Positions 1-13,232 are shown, counted from the whole stretch's first letter. The stretch: 62,793 nt of DNA, filler included, from Planctomycetota bacterium (GCA_026991575.1; 5 parts of 5 records of this genome joined end to end with filler, not necessarily neighbours in it); one strand, 5' to 3'. Program-made: numbers and translations. Notes: generated by a model from the sequence alone, not told the origin.

Positions 1-1058
1 GTGATACCAACGGCGGCAGCATGCCGTGGCAGATCCGTGAGGGCGTTCTGGCCGCGGCCGAGCACGTCGATGTGCCGCTCGGTATACACTGTCACAACGA
101 CTGCGACCTGGCCGTGGCCAACTCGCTGGAAGCCGTCCGTGCCGGTGTCGTTCAGGTGCAGGGTACGATCAATGGCATCGGCGAACGCTGCGGCAACGCC
201 GATCTGTGCAGCGTGATCGCCAACCTGGCACTGAAGATGGATGGCTACGAAGTGCTGCGCCCCGGCAGCCTGCGTCGGCTGACTGAAGCGTCCCGCTTCG
301 TGTACGAGACGGCGAACATGAACTTTCGAAACAATCAGCCGTTCGTGGGCAGTTCGGCCTTCGCGCACAAGGGCGGCATGCATGTGCACGCGGTGACCCG
401 TCGGCCGGAGACCTACGAGCATATCAATCCTGCGCGGGTTGGCAACGAGCGGCGAATCCTGGTTTCGGAACTATCCGGTCGGTCCAACATCATGGCCAAG
501 AGCCTGCAATTGCAGCTGGAGACCGATCCGGAGCTGATCGAACGCGTCTTGCAACGCGTCTGCGAGCTGGAGCATCAGGGCTATCAGTTCGAAGCGGCCG
601 AGGCATCCTTCGCACTGCTCGTGCGACGCATGGCTGGCGTGCACGAGTCGGCGTTCCAGCGGCTCAACTACCGGGTCAACATCGAAGTCGAACGAGACGG
701 CACGATCCTGACGGAAGCCACCGTGAAGGTACGCGTCAATGGCAAGATCGAGCATACGGTGGCCGAAGGGGATGGGCCGGTGAACGCGCTCGACGCGGCC
801 CTGCGTAAGGCACTAGAGCCACACTATCCTGAACTGTCCCAGATGCGCCTGGTTGACTACCGCGTTCGCGTCATCAACAGCCGAGCCGGCACCGCGGCCC
901 GCGTGCGCGTGGTCATCGAGAGCCGCGACCAGGACGGCGTCTGGGGTACGGTCGGCGTTGACGAGAACATCATCGAAGCAAGCTGGAAAGCGCTGGTCGA
1001 CAGCTTCGAATACAAGCTGCTCAAGACCCGGCACGGGTGTGCAGCGGGGAGCAAGTGA
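1..1058 (+). CDS. cimA: Citramalate synthase (LeuA/CimA family), 5'-truncated by window edge
   Basis: Frame is open from position 3 (DTNGGSMP). Contains HCHND, GTINGIGERCGNADL, FVGSSAFAHKGGMHV and the LeuA allosteric domain (GDGPVNALDAALRKAL, WGTVGVDENIIEASW). Confidence 0.85.
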   Translation, partial: DTNGGSMPWQIREGVLAAAEHVDVPLGIHCHNDCDLAVANSLEAVRAGVVQVQGTINGIGERCGNADLCSVIANLALKMDGYEVLRPGSLRRLTEASRFVYETANMNFRNNQPFVGSSAFAHKGGMHVHAVTRRPETYEHINPARVGNERRILVSELSGRSNIMAKSLQLQLETDPELIERVLQRVCELEHQGYQFEAAEASFALLVRRMAGVHESAFQRLNYRVNIEVERDGTILTEATVKVRVNGKIEHTVAEGDGPVNALDAALRKALEPHYPELSQMRLVDYRVRVINSRAGTAARVRVVIESRDQDGVWGTVGVDENIIEASWKALVDSFEYKLLKTRHGCAAGSK

Positions 1059-1087
1059 TCAGCCGGGTGAAGGAGGTCAGGCAGGCG

Positions 1088-4147
<3,060 letters not shown>

Positions 4148-4196
4148 CCAAAGCGGGCACGCCCGGTGAACGGCCTCGGCTTGAACCGTGGTGCTG

Positions 4197-5930
4197 TCAG
4201 CGGACGCGGTCCTGGTCCGCCGTGCCGCCGCTGAGGACCAATACGTCAACCGGACCGAAGCGAGCCCTGCGTTGGCCCGCCGACCAGCGCCAGGACCGCG
4301 GATAGATGCCCCAGATCGGTACACCCCCGAGCCGGCGGCTCCAGTCCGCCCAGCTCATCCGGTTCGGCTCTCGGCTCATCAGATGCTTTAGCCGGATGCG
4401 GGCCGTGAGCGGCTCGGAGATCGGAATGAACAGCCCGGTGCTCTCCCGTTCGGTACAGTACGTCAGCCACACGTGCCCCGGAACGCTGACGACAACCGCC
4501 TCAGCCGGCGCGTGCGTGGCGACGTAGCGACCGGGGGCCAGCAGGAAATCGTCCGCGATGATGGTGCCGGTTGGCGGTTTCAGCTGGCCCCGGAGGACCC
4601 GTTCGGGCAAGCGCGACAGCGGCTCGTTGGTCCAGCGTGGCCAGGTCCAGCAGACGGTCACCGTGACACAGAGCACGGCCAGTGCCCATGGCCGCCGGCC
4701 GCAGCGGCGGCTCAACGCAGCCGCAGCAACCGGCAGTAACGCCCACTGGAATTCGAACATGAAACGTGACGGCGTGAACAGACTCACCGGTCGCCCTACC
4801 CACCATTCTGCCAGGGCCCGCGCCGCGTAGGCCATCAGCGCGAACGCGACCAGCCAGACCAGTGCGAATGCTAGCCCCAGTTTTTCGAACGCAGTCAATC
4901 TGCCCCGGTGTGCGTCGAATGCCGCAGCCAGTAAACCAAGGCATGCGATAGGACCAATGTGCCAGGCGACTTGCCAGGGTGGCTCAAGGGGCTCGACATA
5001 GCTGAGAAGGCCTGTGCTGGCGGCCGATCCGAGGTTGGCTACGAGACGCAACCAGTAGACGGCGCTGATCAGCACGGTACCGGTCAAGCAGGTAGCAGCG
5101 TGGCGCGGTGCCGAAAGCAGAGGCAGACGACCGGCCAGGCGTGTGGTGGAGAGCAGTGAGAGGATACCTAGCGCAGCCAGCAGCGCGACGGCGACGTGGT
5201 GATGCGTCAGCGCCGCGGCGCCCCACAGGAACACGGCTGTGGCCGTGTTCGCGGGGGACCGGAGCCAGGTGGCAGCGCCCAGGCCAGCGATGACCAGCCA
5301 CATGGCAAGGCTACTGGGCAGTCCCCCCCACGTGTACGGAAACCACGTTGCTTCGAACAGTCCGAATGCGCCGACCCAGGCCGCGGCTTGCATTCCCTGG
5401 CGGCCACTCTGTTCCGTACGCTGCGCCGCGGCTGCGGCCAGCAGTGCGGCTCCTAGGATCGGCAGCAGATAGAACCAGCGGAACACCGTATGGGGTTGTA
5501 CGTTCTGGTTGCCCCACGTGACACTGGCCAGGCGACTCAGCAGTGCGACGACGCCATGGCTTGCCGTCGGGTAGTTTAGGTCCAGGTCCTCCAACGGCCT
5601 GAGGCTGCTTGTTACGCGGTCCTGCTTCAGGAAATGGAGTGCGACGGTGCAGTGGAAGGCGGCGTCAACGCCCGGAGGCAGACGCGATTGGGTCAGGGCG
5701 AAGGCGTGCAGAGCGACAGCGGTGGCGGTTACCGCGAATAGGTGACCCCAGATGCGGGGGGGCGGCGCAGCGCACGGTGCGCGGACACGCGCCAGCCACC
5801 ACAGGGTGACCGGCGCAGCCGCAGCCAGACAGATGCCAAAAGGGACAAGTCCCAGGGGGCCGACATAGCTGGCCAACACCGCAGCAAGGGCAAACAGCAG
5901 TGGCGGTGCAAGGGCCAGCAGCCGAAGCAT
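4197..5930 (-). CDS. Multi-pass membrane protein, possibly GT-C-fold glycosyltransferase-like
   Basis: More than 10 hydrophobic segments. A D-x3-H (DAAFH) and a YP motif lie in the first large loop, as in GT-C-like proteins. The ATG at 5930 lies 5 nt after the pfk stop. Confidence 0.5.
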   Translation of the reverse strand: MLRLLALAPPLLFALAAVLASYVGPLGLVPFGICLAAAAPVTLWWLARVRAPCAAPPPRIWGHLFAVTATAVALHAFALTQSRLPPGVDAAFHCTVALHFLKQDRVTSSLRPLEDLDLNYPTASHGVVALLSRLASVTWGNQNVQPHTVFRWFYLLPILGAALLAAAAAQRTEQSGRQGMQAAAWVGAFGLFEATWFPYTWGGLPSSLAMWLVIAGLGAATWLRSPANTATAVFLWGAAALTHHHVAVALLAALGILSLLSTTRLAGRLPLLSAPRHAATCLTGTVLISAVYWLRLVANLGSAASTGLLSYVEPLEPPWQVAWHIGPIACLGLLAAAFDAHRGRLTAFEKLGLAFALVWLVAFALMAYAARALAEWWVGRPVSLFTPSRFMFEFQWALLPVAAAALSRRCGRRPWALAVLCVTVTVCWTWPRWTNEPLSRLPERVLRGQLKPPTGTIIADDFLLAPGRYVATHAPAEAVVVSVPGHVWLTYCTERESTGLFIPISEPLTARIRLKHLMSREPNRMSWADWSRRLGGVPIWGIYPRSWRWSAGQRRARFGPVDVLVLSGGTADQDRVR

Positions 5931-5934
5931 GCGG

Positions 5935-7233
5935 TCATAGCCCTGCAAGGTAACCAAAACGCTGCCGGAACTGTTCCGGCGTCATGTTCACGACGCGCGC
6001 CAATGCAGCTAATCGCTCCGGGTTCAGGAAATCAGCCTGTTCCAGGCGGATCATGTAGCTACGGGCGCAGCGGTAGGCCTCTCCGGAGACGTTCACGCGA
6101 CGGATGCGCATACGCTTGGTTGACGGGTCGATCATGTCTTCAAAGCGCAGTGGCCGCATCTCACCGCCGAGGATGCTGACAATGGCCCCGTACTTTGTGG
6201 CTTCGTCGGAGAGGAGAAAACGGATCGCGCCGTAACCAAGGTCGCGTGTGTACTCGGCGTCGAACGGGATCGGGTCGGCGCAGCGTAGCTCGTAGCCGAG
6301 GTCCTGGGTGATCAGGCGGCAGGGAATACCCAGTTCGGCAAGCCGCCGTTCTACCCGGTCCTTGATCAACCGACCGAAGGCGATCTCACCAAGCCGCAAG
6401 TTACCGTGCGGGTCTCGTTGCACCCGGCCGTACTTACGCAGTTCCTCTTCGCCGCCGACGGCTTCGGCCAGCCCCTGGACACCGACTGCTTCGATCAGTC
6501 CCTCGGCTAGGATGACCAGTCCGTAGCGGTCTCCGCGGCTGAGCCGTTTGATGATCGAGCCGATCACGATGTCGCAGATTTCATCGACGGTCACGCGGCG
6601 GTCGTGGAACTCTTCGGGGATGATGGTCAGCGTCGCGGCTGCGGCTTTGCCGATGCCCAGCGCCAGGTGCCCGGCGGCTCGACCCATGCTGACGACGAGG
6701 TACCAGCGGCGGGTCGTCTTGGCGTCTTCGGCCAGGTTGCGCGCAAGCATGACGCCGTAGTGGCGGGCGGTCTCGAAACCGAACGTCGGTGCGGATCCCG
6801 GCAATGGCAGGTCGTTGTCGATCGTCTTCGGCACATGTGCCACTCGAAACTCGCCGGCCCCCGCCTCATAGATGCACCTTGCGGTGTATGCCGTGTCATC
6901 GCCGCCGATGGTTACCAGAGCGTCGATGCCCAGCGCTCGTAGCGACTGGAGCACGCGTTCCATGTCCTCGGGGTCTTTGGTGGGGTTATACCGGGAGGTG
7001 CCCAGGATTGAGCCACCACGGAGGTGAATGCCCGTGACGTCGTCGATGCTGAGAATGCGGCTTTGGCTTGTGTCGCCGGCTGCCAGGTACCGGAATCCTT
7101 CGATGATGCCGATGACACGCAGCCCGTTGTTGACCGCTTCGATCGTCGCCGCCGCGATCACCCCGTTGATACCAGGAGCGGGGCCGCCGCCGACAACGAT
7201 TCCGAGGCATTTCGGCGCGCTGCTGCTCGACAT
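5935..7233 (-). CDS. pfp: Phosphofructokinase, probably pyrophosphate-dependent
   Basis: GGGPAPGIN, GGSILGTSR, GGDDT, PKTIDND, GFETA, MGRAAG and LGYELRC motifs. GGDD plus PKTIDND is the PPi-type signature. Start placed at ATG 7233 (MSSSSAPK). Confidence 0.85.
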   Translation of the reverse strand: MSSSSAPKCLGIVVGGGPAPGINGVIAAATIEAVNNGLRVIGIIEGFRYLAAGDTSQSRILSIDDVTGIHLRGGSILGTSRYNPTKDPEDMERVLQSLRALGIDALVTIGGDDTAYTARCIYEAGAGEFRVAHVPKTIDNDLPLPGSAPTFGFETARHYGVMLARNLAEDAKTTRRWYLVVSMGRAAGHLALGIGKAAAATLTIIPEEFHDRRVTVDEICDIVIGSIIKRLSRGDRYGLVILAEGLIEAVGVQGLAEAVGGEEELRKYGRVQRDPHGNLRLGEIAFGRLIKDRVERRLAELGIPCRLITQDLGYELRCADPIPFDAEYTRDLGYGAIRFLLSDEATKYGAIVSILGGEMRPLRFEDMIDPSTKRMRIRRVNVSGEAYRCARSYMIRLEQADFLNPERLAALARVVNMTPEQFRQRFGYLAGL

Positions 7234-7420
7234 CAGGCTCCTCGCATCGGGTTTCCAACGTGTCCTCTTGCTGCCGTGTCCGAACGGAGGCTTGACTGGC
7301 CACGATCGCAGCGCCGGGTGGCGCGGTGGCCGGACGGCGTGTGTGAGCGGGCGCTGGTGTAGATCGAGCCAGAACGGCTCACCCGCCGCGAAAGCGAGCT
7401 TTGCCAGTCCAACGCTGACC

Positions 7421-7448
7421 ATTATAGCGCTGCCCGTTGGACCAGCAA
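7421..7448 (-). promoter_or_regulatory. Putative sigma70 promoter for pfp
   Basis: Minus strand reads TTGCTG-N16-TATAAT, about 190 nt upstream of the pfp start. Confidence 0.45.
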
Positions 7449-7686
7449 CCCACCGCCGGGCGCTGTTGCCTGTGCCCACGCCGCAAATCGGGAGCGATGT
7501 CGCATGAATCGGTGGTCGACGCTAGGCGTTTGCCAGTGGCGTGCGCGGTGCAGCGCTGTGCCGTGGTCGCCCCGCAGGCCAGCCGATGCATGGTCAACGC
7601 TGGGCACAATGGTTTCAGGTCGTCGGCTGGTCGCAAACGGGGCCGGATAACGGGTCTGTAGCGGCCGCAGCGATTTTTCAGGTTGC

Positions 7687-7715
7687 TCAAAGATTAGCTG
7701 TCGCGCCGCCGATAA
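7687..7715 (+). promoter_or_regulatory. Putative sigma28 (FliA/WhiG)-type promoter upstream of the giant secretin gene
   Basis: TCAAAG-N15-GCCGATAA. GCCGATAA is the canonical sigma28 -10 box. Confidence 0.4.
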
Positions 7716-8003
7716 GAAAGAGCGAACCCGGGTTCGGTTAACTGCGCCATGGTGCGCGACCATGGGCCGGGTGGGCCTGATCTTGACCGGTAGCGTGGAG
7801 CCCGGTAGGACGTGGCCCACCACCGGCGCAGCGGCGTGCCTTGGACGGGGGACAGAACACGTCGGAGGACAAGCTGATCGTCCTGTCCAGTGTTTTGGTT
7901 GAAGTCAGGCCAGGGACCTCGGCGCGGCAACGCTGGTGATGCCGGGCCGGGGGGTGTCGGTTTCCGGAGAGAGGCATCCGTACGGACGGGAAAGGAGGCA
8001 ACC

Positions 8004-11000
8004 TTGGTCAAGTCTCGTAAACTCGCAGTCCTTGTTGGTGGCGCCTTCGCTGCTACCGCTGCCGTGGGGGTGCTGGGGCTGCGCACGGTTTGGCACGTTC
8101 CGGAGGCGGTCGCCGAGCCTGCTCAGGCCCCAGCAACACCGCAGGAAGCCCTGCGCGAGGGTATCAGTCAGTTCCGCTTGGGCAACTATGCAAAGGCCAG
8201 TGACTGGTTTGCTGCGGCGGCAAAACGCGCCGACGAGCTGGCTGAGCCGGAGCGGGCTCTGTTGAAGAAGTACACCGAGCTGGCCAGCACAGCAGCGGCT
8301 CGTCAGGCCGAGGCCGAGAAGTGGCTCACGACCGCTCGCCAGGCGTTGCACCAGGGCCGGCGGGCCGAAGCCGAGAAAGCCGCCAGCCGGGTACTTACCA
8401 ACCCCTACGCCTCCGGTGCCCAGCGCACTCAGGCCAGGGGCCTGCTCAATCAGCTTGCCAAGGGGCAGACCGTTACGCCTGCCGCGGCGCCGTCGGCTGA
8501 GTCGACCGGCAGCGTCGTTGCAGCCACTCACGAGGTCCCGGCGGCGGACGCCGCACCGACGCCAACGAGCAATTACGTGGCCGCCACTGAGAAGGAAGCG
8601 GCCCAGAAGCTGATGGCCGAGGCGGTCGAGGCGCTCCGTGTCGGTGACCTGAATCGGGCCGAACAGCTTGCCCTGCAGGCAGCATCCTACGGCGCCAAAT
8701 TCGCCAAGGACGAGGTCACCCCTCAGGATGTGCTTCAAGCGGTGAACCGTGCGCGGCGGCTGCGCGGTACGAAGCCCATGACCGTACCGGCTGCCACGGC
8801 ACCTCGCGTCCAAGCGAAGCCCGTACGGCCGGCATCGGCAACATCCGCACCTGAGGGGCCTGCGGGCGCGACCGCGGCAGAGGCCACCACATCGGCTGCG
8901 CCACCGTCGGCCATCGTCGCCCCGGCTGGAGCGAAGACGAGCGGAGCCGACGAGGACCAACCCGCCAAGCCGACGGCCCAAACGTCCGAAGCAAGCATCG
9001 AATCGCTGAAGAGCCTGCCGCATGCGGAGCGGAAGAAGATCGCCCGCGAGCTCCTGAAGAGCGCCAGGGAGCTGATCGAGGCCGGCGTACTCGACGAAGC
9101 CGAGAAGCTGATCTCCCAGGCCGAGGAGCTCAATGTGCGTTGGGGCTGGTTCGAGGACTCGCCTGTTCGGCTCCGTCGCGCGCTGCGCCGTGCTCGAATC
9201 AAGCACTGGTTTGCCCAAGAGGACAGCCAGGCCGGGGCGGCTGTGTCCGGATCGAAGGAAGCGAAGACAGGCAGCGCTCCCGGCACATCACAAGAACACA
9301 GTCACCACAGTGCTCACGACCAGGACAGCGCCGCCAGGGCCAAGGAGCTGGTTCGCCAGGCGCGTGAGGCTTTGGCAAGCGGCGATCTGGACAAGGCCGA
9401 ACGGCTCGCCCTGGAGGCTCAGTCTTACGAGGTTCACTACGGTCTGTTTGACGATACGCCCGAGCGGGTGCTGGCCGATGTGGCTCGGATGCGTCAGGCA
9501 GAGGCTCATAGCCTGAAGCCACCGGCCGAATTGACCGACGCGGCCAGTGCCGCTATCGACAGCGAAGACGGTATTGATGCCGAGGTGCAACAGATCCCGG
9601 AGACCCGGCCCGAAGGCAGCGAGCGGGAACTGCGCAAGATCGCGGCCCAGCTTCTGGCCGAAGCGCGTCGACGGCTGGACCAGGGTGACTGGCGCAACGC
9701 ACGCGAGATTGCTCGCCGCGTCAAGAACTGGAACCTCCACTACGGGCTGTTCTGGCTGGGTGATACGCCTGACAAGGTGCTGCGTGCCTGTGACGTGCTC
9801 CGCCAGCGGATTGCGGCACGCCAGCGCGTCGAGCAAAAGGAAAAGGCCCGCAAGCTGCTGGCTGAAGCGCGCAAGCTGATCGATGCTGGCAAGTTGGATG
9901 AGGCCGAGGCGAAGGTGCTACAGGCCAAGCAGCTCGACGTGGCCTACGGCCTTCTGGAGGTCAAGCCAGATGACCTGCTGGCCGAAATCAAGGCGGTGCG
10001 CGAAGCCAGCGGATCAACCCCTGCGGCTTCGGAGAACGTTGAAGTTGCCGGTGCCGTGGTCGACGAGAAGAAGCAGCCTGCAGCCGAGGTGGCTGAGCAC
10101 ACGGCCGCTGAGGGCTCTGCCGATGAGGCACTCGTGAAGGCGTTGCTGCAGGAGGCTGAGGAGGCCGAGAAAGCAGGCGACGCCGCGACCGCCGCACGCA
10201 AGCGCGCGCTTGCGTACCAAATCGCTAACGTCCAGCCTCAAACCGGTGACGGCCAGCAAGCGGCGGAAGCGACCGGCCGCGCCAAGGCCGTGGCTTCCGA
10301 AGCGGCGGGTATCGAGACGACCGCAACGACCTCGCAGGCAAGCGAACAGGCCGGTGCCAGCGTGGCTGAGAGCGAGGCGGGCCGGGCCCGCGTCGTGCAC
10401 CGGGGCGTGACCCCGGCCGATGACAGCACGGCCAACGCCCGCAAGCGACTCGAACAGGCCAAAGCCCTGTACCGACAGGGCAACTATCCGAAAGCACGCG
10501 CCATTGCCCTGGAGATCGCAGAGTCCCATCCGGAGCTGGCTGCTGAGGCACGCGAGATCGCTTCGCAGGCAGAACTGACGGAGCTGAACACCGTCCTGGA
10601 GATCTTCAACGCAGGCGTGGCGGCGATGCGCAAGGGCGAGTACGCCCATGCCCTGCAGCTGTTCCGCCAGGTTGCCGGCGCTAACGTCACGCTCGATCCC
10701 GCAACGCAGCAGCAGCTCCAGGAGTACCTCACCCGGCTGCCCGTGTTGATCCGACAGAAGGAGATCGTTGATGTGGCAGCCGGTGGTCCGCAGCCTGCTT
10801 CCATGCAGCAAGGGGCAGTGCCCGGGCCGATGCCCGAGGAGTTGGCTGACCGGTACCAGCGGGAACGGATTCGCCTGCAGCAACTGATTGCCGACACCAA
10901 CAACCGGATCGCCGTGGCCCGGCAGAAGCTGGAGAGCGACCCGGAGGCGGCAATTGCCGAACTGCAGAACGCTCTGGAAGCGATCCGCAACAGCGGGCTG

Positions 11001-13199
11001 GACGAGGCGGCCACCATGCCGCTGGTGCGTCGCGTTGAGGCGGCTATCCGCTACGTCCAGCGCGAGAAGGAGCGGATCGAGCTGGAGCGCGTCCAGCAGC
11101 AGGCGCAGCTAGCGGCCGCTGAACAGCGGGCGCGGGAACTGGCCGCCGAGGCCCAACGCCAGAAGGAAGTCCAACAGCTCATCGAGCAAGGGCAGAGGCT
11201 CTTTGACCAGGGCCGCTTCGACGAAGCTCAAGTGATGGCCGAGCGCGCTCGTGAACTCGACCCCAACAACGTCGCGGCCCACGCCCTGTACTGGAAGGCA
11301 AAGATCAGCCGACGACTGGCCGAGGCCAAGCAGATCGAGTCGCTGGCCGAAGAAGGCTTCGTCAACGCCATGAACAGCGTCGACTGGTCGGCGATTCCCT
11401 ACGACGACCGCGACCCGGTGACGTTCCCCGACGCGAAGACCTGGCGTGAGCTCACCGAGCGGCGCAAGGCACGGTACAGCAGGATCGACGAGGCGTTCCG
11501 TAGCCAGATGGAGCTGGAAATCGAACGGAAGCTGGAAGAACCGATTGCCCCGTTTGACTTCCAGCAAACGCCGCTCTCGGAAGTGATCGACTTCCTGCGG
11601 GACGCCACCGGGGTGAACATCGTCGTCGACTGGCGCGGCCTCGAGCTGTCGGGCATCACCAGTAACGAGCCGGTGACCCTGCGGCTGGAGGGGGTCCGCT
11701 TCCGCTCGGCCCTCAACCTGCTTATGCAGCAGCTGGGCCTGACCTACTCAATCCGCGACGACGTCCTGCTGATTACCACTCCGTTGCGTGACCAGGGACG
11801 CCTGATCTCGCGAGTCTACGACGTGGCCGACCTGGTCGTGCCAATCCGCACTCTGCCAAAGATCGTCACCCCAATGGGTATCTTCAACTGGCCGGATGCG
11901 CAGACGGGCGGAGCCGGCGCCATGCCGTTTGTCATGCCAAACCAACCGCTGGCGCAGGTCGGTGTGGGCGGCTCCAGCTATGACGGCCAGTCGGCCTTTG
12001 GCGGGACCGGTACCGAGCCCGCCGGTACCGCAGGACCGCAGCCGGCTCAGGCCATCGACTTCGACACACTTATCGAGCTAATCAAGTCGACCGTCGCGCC
12101 GGACACCTGGGAGGACGCCGGCGGCGCAGGCACGATTGCCGAGTTCCCGGGCAACCTCAGCCTGGTCATCAGCCAGACCCAGGAGGTCCACGACCAGATC
12201 CGCGACCTGCTCCAGCAGCTCCGCCGTCTGCAGGACCTGCAGGTGGTCATCGAAGTGCGATTCATCACACTGACCGAGGACTTCCTGGAGCGGGTCGGCG
12301 TGGACATCGACATCGAGATCGACGACGATAGCCAGAAGCCGCTGCAGCCCTTCGGGCGCGACACCGATGATGACGGCATCGCGGACATCCTTCGCGACTT
12401 CGACCATCTGCAGAGTCTCACGGTGGGGCTCCGCGGACCGGATGGTGACTTCGCCGAGGACCTCGACATTCCGATCCGCACCCTTGGCTTCGCCCTGGGC
12501 CGGCCGGCGAACTTCGACACACCGGCCCTGCAGATGGGCGTCGCGTTCCTGAGCGACCTGGAGGTGTTCCTCTTCCTCGAGGCTGTGCAACAGGACAACC
12601 GCAGCAACGTGCTTATCGCCCCGAAGGTGACGCTGTTCAACGGCCAGCAAGCTTTCGTGTTCTCAGGCACACTGCGGTGGTCCGTGATAGCGCTGTTCCC
12701 GGTCGTCGCAGCCGGAGCAGTTGCGTTCCAGCCAGTCCCGCAGATGGTTCTCGACGGTGCGGCCCTGGTCGTGCAGGCGGTCGTGTCGGCAGACCGTCGC
12801 TACGTCCGGGTATCCGTGTCGCCGCTCTTTACGAACGTAGTCGGCGAGCGGCGGTTCCCGATCATCGCCAGCGCTCAGCAGATCGGCTTCGGCGGCGGCG
12901 GCCAGACACAGACGCTGGTCCAGGCCGAGCTGATCCTACCGATCATTGGCATGAACATCCTGACCACTACCGTGGCCGTGCCTGACGGTGGCACCGTGGT
13001 CTTGGGCGGACTGAAGTCCAAGACGGAAGAGCGCCGCGAGTTCGGGACACCGATCCTGAACAAGCTGCCGTACATCAACCGTCTGTTCATGCAGACCGGT
13101 GTGGGTACGGTCACCCAGAGCCTGCTCATGATGGTTACGCCACGCATCGTGATCCTGGAGGAGGAAGAGGAACTGCGTGGCATTGCCGTGACACCGTAG
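8004..13199 (+). CDS. Giant secretin-like (type II/III secretion, GspD/PilQ-like) protein with long helical-repeat N-terminus
   Basis: TTG at 8004 follows AAGGAGG and begins a signal-peptide-like N-terminus. Contains TPR-like repeats, an STN-like domain (FQQTPLSEVIDFLRDATGVNIVVD), an N-domain (LVISQTQEVHDQIRDLLQQLR) and the secretin C-terminal signature (VPDGGTVVLGGL...PILNKLPYINRLF...VTPRIV). Confidence 0.85.
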   Translation: MVKSRKLAVLVGGAFAATAAVGVLGLRTVWHVPEAVAEPAQAPATPQEALREGISQFRLGNYAKASDWFAAAAKRADELAEPERALLKKYTELASTAAARQAEAEKWLTTARQALHQGRRAEAEKAASRVLTNPYASGAQRTQARGLLNQLAKGQTVTPAAAPSAESTGSVVAATHEVPAADAAPTPTSNYVAATEKEAAQKLMAEAVEALRVGDLNRAEQLALQAASYGAKFAKDEVTPQDVLQAVNRARRLRGTKPMTVPAATAPRVQAKPVRPASATSAPEGPAGATAAEATTSAAPPSAIVAPAGAKTSGADEDQPAKPTAQTSEASIESLKSLPHAERKKIARELLKSARELIEAGVLDEAEKLISQAEELNVRWGWFEDSPVRLRRALRRARIKHWFAQEDSQAGAAVSGSKEAKTGSAPGTSQEHSHHSAHDQDSAARAKELVRQAREALASGDLDKAERLALEAQSYEVHYGLFDDTPERVLADVARMRQAEAHSLKPPAELTDAASAAIDSEDGIDAEVQQIPETRPEGSERELRKIAAQLLAEARRRLDQGDWRNAREIARRVKNWNLHYGLFWLGDTPDKVLRACDVLRQRIAARQRVEQKEKARKLLAEARKLIDAGKLDEAEAKVLQAKQLDVAYGLLEVKPDDLLAEIKAVREASGSTPAASENVEVAGAVVDEKKQPAAEVAEHTAAEGSADEALVKALLQEAEEAEKAGDAATAARKRALAYQIANVQPQTGDGQQAAEATGRAKAVASEAAGIETTATTSQASEQAGASVAESEAGRARVVHRGVTPADDSTANARKRLEQAKALYRQGNYPKARAIALEIAESHPELAAEAREIASQAELTELNTVLEIFNAGVAAMRKGEYAHALQLFRQVAGANVTLDPATQQQLQEYLTRLPVLIRQKEIVDVAAGGPQPASMQQGAVPGPMPEELADRYQRERIRLQQLIADTNNRIAVARQKLESDPEAAIAELQNALEAIRNSGLDEAATMPLVRRVEAAIRYVQREKERIELERVQQQAQLAAAEQRARELAAEAQRQKEVQQLIEQGQRLFDQGRFDEAQVMAERARELDPNNVAAHALYWKAKISRRLAEAKQIESLAEEGFVNAMNSVDWSAIPYDDRDPVTFPDAKTWRELTERRKARYSRIDEAFRSQMELEIERKLEEPIAPFDFQQTPLSEVIDFLRDATGVNIVVDWRGLELSGITSNEPVTLRLEGVRFRSALNLLMQQLGLTYSIRDDVLLITTPLRDQGRLISRVYDVADLVVPIRTLPKIVTPMGIFNWPDAQTGGAGAMPFVMPNQPLAQVGVGGSSYDGQSAFGGTGTEPAGTAGPQPAQAIDFDTLIELIKSTVAPDTWEDAGGAGTIAEFPGNLSLVISQTQEVHDQIRDLLQQLRRLQDLQVVIEVRFITLTEDFLERVGVDIDIEIDDDSQKPLQPFGRDTDDDGIADILRDFDHLQSLTVGLRGPDGDFAEDLDIPIRTLGFALGRPANFDTPALQMGVAFLSDLEVFLFLEAVQQDNRSNVLIAPKVTLFNGQQAFVFSGTLRWSVIALFPVVAAGAVAFQPVPQMVLDGAALVVQAVVSADRRYVRVSVSPLFTNVVGERRFPIIASAQQIGFGGGGQTQTLVQAELILPIIGMNILTTTVAVPDGGTVVLGGLKSKTEERREFGTPILNKLPYINRLFMQTGVGTVTQSLLMMVTPRIVILEEEEELRGIAVTP
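8598..10000 (+). repeat. Five ~50-aa helical repeats within the giant secretin
   Basis: Consensus A..L..EAR..L..G.L..AE....A....V.(Y/W)GLF.D.P..VL at approximately 8598, 9039, 9336, 9639 and 9843. Confidence 0.75.
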
Positions 13200-13232
13200 C
13201 CCTGGCCTGGCGGCGGGTGTCTGTCGTCCGGC

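Noticed and set aside
7234..7479. N-terminal extension of PFK in the ORF track (similar extensions for valS, the secretin, nuoL, the STN protein and the lipoprotein)
   Set aside because: Homologous sequence and RBS positions support downstream starts, so the extensions are longest-ORF artefacts.
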